32,000 nucleotides of DNA from an uncultured Erysipelotrichaceae bacterium. Its GTDB lineage: Bacteria; Bacillota_I; Bacilli_A; Erysipelotrichales; Erysipelotrichaceae. A program made the position numbers and the translations under genes. The stretch lies in contig CAYNZZ010000004.1 in assembly GCA_964401865.1 (NCBI GenBank), forward strand, positions 30,001 through 62,000, given 5' to 3'. Below are positions 28,902 through 32,000 of this stretch, piece after piece. Below the pieces are notes generated by a model that did not search any database, was not told the DNA's origin, and worked only from the letters and a program-made list of their open reading frames with translations. Positions within the stretch are counted from its first letter, which is position 1. Each line of letters opens with the position of its first letter.

Positions 28902-28993
28902 GAAATGAATAGATATATTATGCAACCGAGTTCAAACTGAATTGATAGTTGATTTTTAATTCTATAATTTGATTTTAGTCATATTTATCAATG

Positions 28994-29022
28994 TTTATAG
29001 GGGTGTATTGATAATGTATAAT
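28994..29022 (+). promoter_or_regulatory. Putative extended -10 promoter of the lipoprotein gene
   Basis: TGTATAAT lies at 29015-29022 (perfect TGnTATAAT) with -35 TTTATA at 28994-28999 (17-nt spacer). Confidence 0.4.
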
Positions 29023-29058
29023 AAGTATATAAGAATAGTCATTCAAGGGGAGGTCAAT

Positions 29059-29853
29059 ATGAAAAAGATAATCATATTATTAATTGCTATTTTATGTTTG
29101 AACGGATGTTGAAAAGAAGAAATTATTACTAAAGGATATTTCACTTTAGGCGATATGCCGAATAATCAAAAAGAAGAAATAAGTTTAGAAGTTGCCGAAG
29201 AGATATATGAAGTTTTTAAGAAAATTGATTTAGATAATTTAGAAAAAATCGATAATTCTCATGACGGATCGTTTGGCAGTGTAGATATTATCTTTGAAGA
29301 TGATGAGCTAACCTTTACTTTGATTGATAAAGATTTATTGGTATATCAAGGTACGTTATATAAACTGGAAGATACTGAGTTATATGATGTTATATTTAAA
29401 CATTGCATCGATATGTATTACACAATGAGTGATATCACTTCAAATGATGGTTTTCCTTTTTTGAATTTTGGTCCTACAACCATGATTTATGATACGCAAT
29501 TAAATGATAAGGCAAAATATGTCACTATTGATATTCATTACTTTAATGGTGATGAACAGACGCATCGTATGCTTATGGCTGATGAAGCTGAGTCAGTTCG
29601 TGATAGTAGTTATTATTTTGAATTAATTGACAACACCTTAATAGTAGCAGTATTAAATAAAGACACTAAAAGTTTTAGTGTAGGAAAGTATGAGTTAGAT
29701 GAACTGGGAATCGTTAATGCTGGTACCGTTGATACTGTAACCTATACTTATGATAATAAAGTTTTACCTTTAAATAGTTACATTGAAGTATTTGCGAAAC
29801 ATGATCAAGAAAAAGGTTTCAGAGTAACGCTACTTGTTACCGATAACAAATAA
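29059..29853 (+). pseudogene. Lipoprotein gene of unknown function, interrupted by an in-frame TGA right after the lipobox Cys
   Basis: The ATG at 29059 has a strong SD (GGGGAGG, 6-nt spacing) and encodes MKKIIILLIAILCLNGC (signal peptide plus lipobox LNGC). TGA follows at 29110-29112. The same frame then continues without a stop (KEEIITKGYFTLGD-MPNNQ...) into the ORF-track ORF 29155-29853. The Met at 29155 has no SD. Confidence 0.55.
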
Positions 29854-30006
29854 GATGCTTATAAATAATGGTAAATAATTAAACAAGCAAGAAAGATATA
29901 GAAAATTTGTATTGGATAGAATATGTAGTAATTGTTTAAAGAATATAATATGAGCAAAGAAGCTTATCGCCCGATTTTTGAGGTTGAACATTGCAACCGC
30001 TTTAAC

Positions 30007-30035
30007 TTGTGAAATATGACAAAATATTTTATAAT
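30007..30035 (+). promoter_or_regulatory. Putative rny promoter
   Basis: -35 TTGTGA (30007-30012), 17-nt spacer, -10 TATAAT (30030-30035). It lies about 50 nt upstream of the rny ATG. Confidence 0.5.
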
Positions 30036-30083
30036 AGGTAAGAAGTGTAACTTCATTAAAAGTTAATATAGGAGGTAGGAATT

Positions 30084-31643
30084 ATGGGAGACAATAATAT
30101 CTTTACTTCCATTATATTTAGTTTACTAGGTGTGGTTATTGGCATAGTGATAATGTTTGTAGCCAGTCGTGTTGGATTAAATCGAGATAAACAAAAAGCA
30201 AAATTAATATTAGAAGAGGCTGAAAACAAAGCTAAAAATACGGTTAAACAGGCTGTATTAGATGGCAAGACGCAAGTTTATGATTTAAAATTGCAAGCTG
30301 AAAAGGAGATCAAAGATCGCCGTCAGGAATTGCAAGATTTTGAAACGAAATTATTGCGTAGAGAAGATTCGTTGAATTACCGTGATGAATCAATGAATCA
30401 AAAGGAAAAGAAACTCGATGAAAAACTAAAAAAAGCTGAAGACAAGGCTTTACAACTGGATAAAATGGAAGAAGATTTGCAAGCGCGAATTGATGGTCAA
30501 ATTGTGCTTTTAGAGCGTGTTTCATCAATGACACAAGAGGAAGCTAAGAAGGAATTGATGGATGTAGTGGAGAAGAAAATAACTAATGAAGTAGCGACAT
30601 ACATTCACGAACAGGAAGAAGAAGCTAAATCGCGTGCTCAAGATATGGCAAGAGAAATCATTGCAACTGCTATTCAAAGATATTCGCAAGAAGAGACTAT
30701 TGATCGTACTGTATCAGTAGTAGCACTTCCTTCGGAGGAAATGAAGGGTAGAATAATCGGAAGAGAAGGCAGAAACATTAGAGCCATTGAACAAGCTACA
30801 GGTGTTGATTTGATTATTGATGACACTCCTGAGGCTATTACTGTTTCGTGCTTCAACCCAATCAGAAGAGAAATCGCTCGTTTATCACTTGAAACTTTGA
30901 TTCGTGATGGTCGTATTCAACCGGGCAGAATTGAAGATGTTGTAAATAAGATTACAAAAGAGATTGATGACACAATCTTAAAAGCTGGTGAAGAAGCTTG
31001 CTTCAAGCTGCAAATAGGTAAGATGGACAAAGAGTTAATCAAGATGGTAGGCCGTATGAGATATCGTTATTCTTATGGGCAAAATGGTCTTGAACACTCA
31101 ATGGAAGTAGCTTTCTTAGCTGGAATGATGGCAGCTGAATTAGGTTTAAATCAATCTTTGGCTAAAAGAGCTGGTCTGCTTCATGATATTGGTAAAGCAG
31201 TTGACTTTGAAGCTGATGGTACTCATGTAGAACTAGGAGCTAAACTGGCTAAGAAACATGGCGAAAATGAAATAGTTATCAATGCGATTGAATCACATCA
31301 TGGTGATAAGGAGCCTACATCACTGATCTCTTATTTGGTAGCTGCTGCTGATACATTAAGCGCTGCCAGACCAGGCGCTAGGTATGAAGGAATTGAAAAT
31401 TATATCAATCGTCTAGAATCACTAGAAAAAATTGCCTATGATTTTGATGGTGTTGATAAGGCATTTGCTATTCAAGCAGGTAGAGAAGTCAGAGTAATGG
31501 TTGTGCCAGAAAAAGTCAATGATAATAAATGCGTGATGATTGCTCGTGAAATCAAAGAACGTATTGAAAAAGAATTGACATATCCAGGACAAATAAAAGT
31601 TACAGTAATTCGAGAAATGCGCGCAAATGAATTAGCTCGCTAA
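30084..31643 (+). CDS. rny: Ribonuclease Y
   Basis: 519 aa. It has an N-terminal TM helix ([22 protein letters not shown]), a coiled coil, a KH domain ([28 protein letters not shown]) and an HD domain (LLHDIGK, ESHHGD). TAGGAGG SD. Confidence 0.95.
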   Translation: MGDNNIFTSIIFSLLGVVIGIVIMFVASRVGLNRDKQKAKLILEEAENKAKNTVKQAVLDGKTQVYDLKLQAEKEIKDRRQELQDFETKLLRREDSLNYRDESMNQKEKKLDEKLKKAEDKALQLDKMEEDLQARIDGQIVLLERVSSMTQEEAKKELMDVVEKKITNEVATYIHEQEEEAKSRAQDMAREIIATAIQRYSQEETIDRTVSVVALPSEEMKGRIIGREGRNIRAIEQATGVDLIIDDTPEAITVSCFNPIRREIARLSLETLIRDGRIQPGRIEDVVNKITKEIDDTILKAGEEACFKLQIGKMDKELIKMVGRMRYRYSYGQNGLEHSMEVAFLAGMMAAELGLNQSLAKRAGLLHDIGKAVDFEADGTHVELGAKLAKKHGENEIVINAIESHHGDKEPTSLISYLVAAADTLSAARPGARYEGIENYINRLESLEKIAYDFDGVDKAFAIQAGREVRVMVVPEKVNDNKCVMIAREIKERIEKELTYPGQIKVTVIREMRANELAR

Positions 31644-32000
31644 TGAGAATATTATTTATAGGCGATATTGTTGGCCGTCCTGGTCGAGATACCGTCTTTA
31701 CTTATTTAGATAGCATTAAAAAAGAATATAATATTGATTTTACAATTATCAATGGAGAGAATAGCGCGCATGGGAAAGGTATTACTTCTAAGATATATGA
31801 TCAATTTATAAATGCTGGGGTTGATTGTATCACCATGGGAAATCATAGTTTTTCTAAAAGTGAGATTATTGATCATCTCGATGAACTTGATAAACTAGTT
31901 GTTCCTCATAATCATATTAAAGGTTACGGAAATAGCGCTAAACTTTTTGATGTTAGTGGTTTTAAACTATGCGTCTGTAATATATTGGGCGAAGTGTTTA
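31643..32000 (+). CDS. ymdB: YmdB-type metallophosphoesterase (2',3'-cyclic-nucleotide 2'-phosphodiesterase), 3'-truncated by the window edge
   Basis: It is not in the ORF track because no stop falls in the window. The ATG overlaps the rny TAA (TAATG). My translation is [70 protein letters not shown], which resembles B. subtilis YmdB as I remember it. The conserved rny-ymdB pair is present. Confidence 0.9.
   Translation, partial: MRILFIGDIVGRPGRDTVFTYLDSIKKEYNIDFTIINGENSAHGKGITSKIYDQFINAGVDCITMGNHSFSKSEIIDHLDELDKLVVPHNHIKGYGNSAKLFDVSGFKLCVCNILGEVF

Noticed and set aside
29110-29112. TGA read as tryptophan (genetic code 4) or selenocysteine
   Set aside because: TGA terminates pyrK, pyrD, ribF and the SpoU methyltransferase at positions consistent with normal protein lengths. 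All long conserved genes are uninterrupted under the standard code, with Trp as TGG where I checked. No SECIS-like hairpin follows the codon (the downstream sequence is AAAGAAGAAATTATTACTAAAGG).
29950-30012. 20-codon ORF (MSKEAYRPIFEVEHCNRFNL) in the lipoprotein-rny spacer, a locally GC-richer patch
   Set aside because: It has no SD. The only TATAAT lies directly against the ATG, too close for a leaderless start. It overlaps the predicted rny -35 box, and there is nothing to support expression.
1-32000. CRISPR arrays, tRNA or rRNA genes, IS elements, prophage or defence islands, GC-skewed foreign DNA
   Set aside because: I saw no repeat-spacer periodicity and no integrase, transposase or nuclease-helicase type ORFs. 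Composition looks uniform throughout, and every sizeable ORF has a housekeeping assignment except the interrupted lipoprotein.

Overview
This is a low-GC (about one-third G+C by eye), tightly packed core-chromosome segment of a cell-walled Bacillota-type organism. Gene content and a CIRCE-controlled clpB fit an Erysipelotrichia or Mollicutes-related lineage, but that placement is only a guess. The standard genetic code applies: TGA is a real stop, and Trp is TGG where I checked.

Gene order:
- dnaJ (5' partial), CIRCE, clpB.
- A TrmH/SpoU RNA methyltransferase converging on a minus-strand operon. That operon runs promoter, lysine riboswitch, amino-acid ABC binding lipoprotein, permease, ATPase, small radical-SAM enzyme.
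- pyrB-pyrC-carA-carB-pyrK-pyrD-pyrF-pyrE, then a CaCA antiporter, converging on a TtcA-like PP-loop ATPase.
- truB, ribF, an RsmF-like m5C methyltransferase and asp23, converging on recU-ponA.
- gpsB, rnpB (RNase P RNA), pgsA, recA, a TGA-interrupted lipoprotein gene, rny, ymdB (3' partial).

I saw no rRNA, tRNA, CRISPR array, transposase, integrase, prophage or recognisable defence gene. I could not identify a self-contained novel multi-gene system.

The observations most worth following up are:
1. CarA has all three glutamine-amidotransferase catalytic-triad residues substituted, in an otherwise intact pyr operon.
2. A small radical-SAM enzyme with a one-cluster (twitch-like) Cys pattern is translationally coupled to the end of the lysine-riboswitch-controlled ABC transporter operon.
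3. An in-frame TGA lies directly after the lipobox Cys of a lipoprotein gene that has a strong promoter and SD.
4. Two genes (truB and the SpoU methyltransferase) have a -10 box exactly 6 nt from the ATG and no SD, so they are candidate leaderless mRNAs.

All motif comparisons were made by eye against remembered consensus sequences. No database search or RNA-folding calculation was run.
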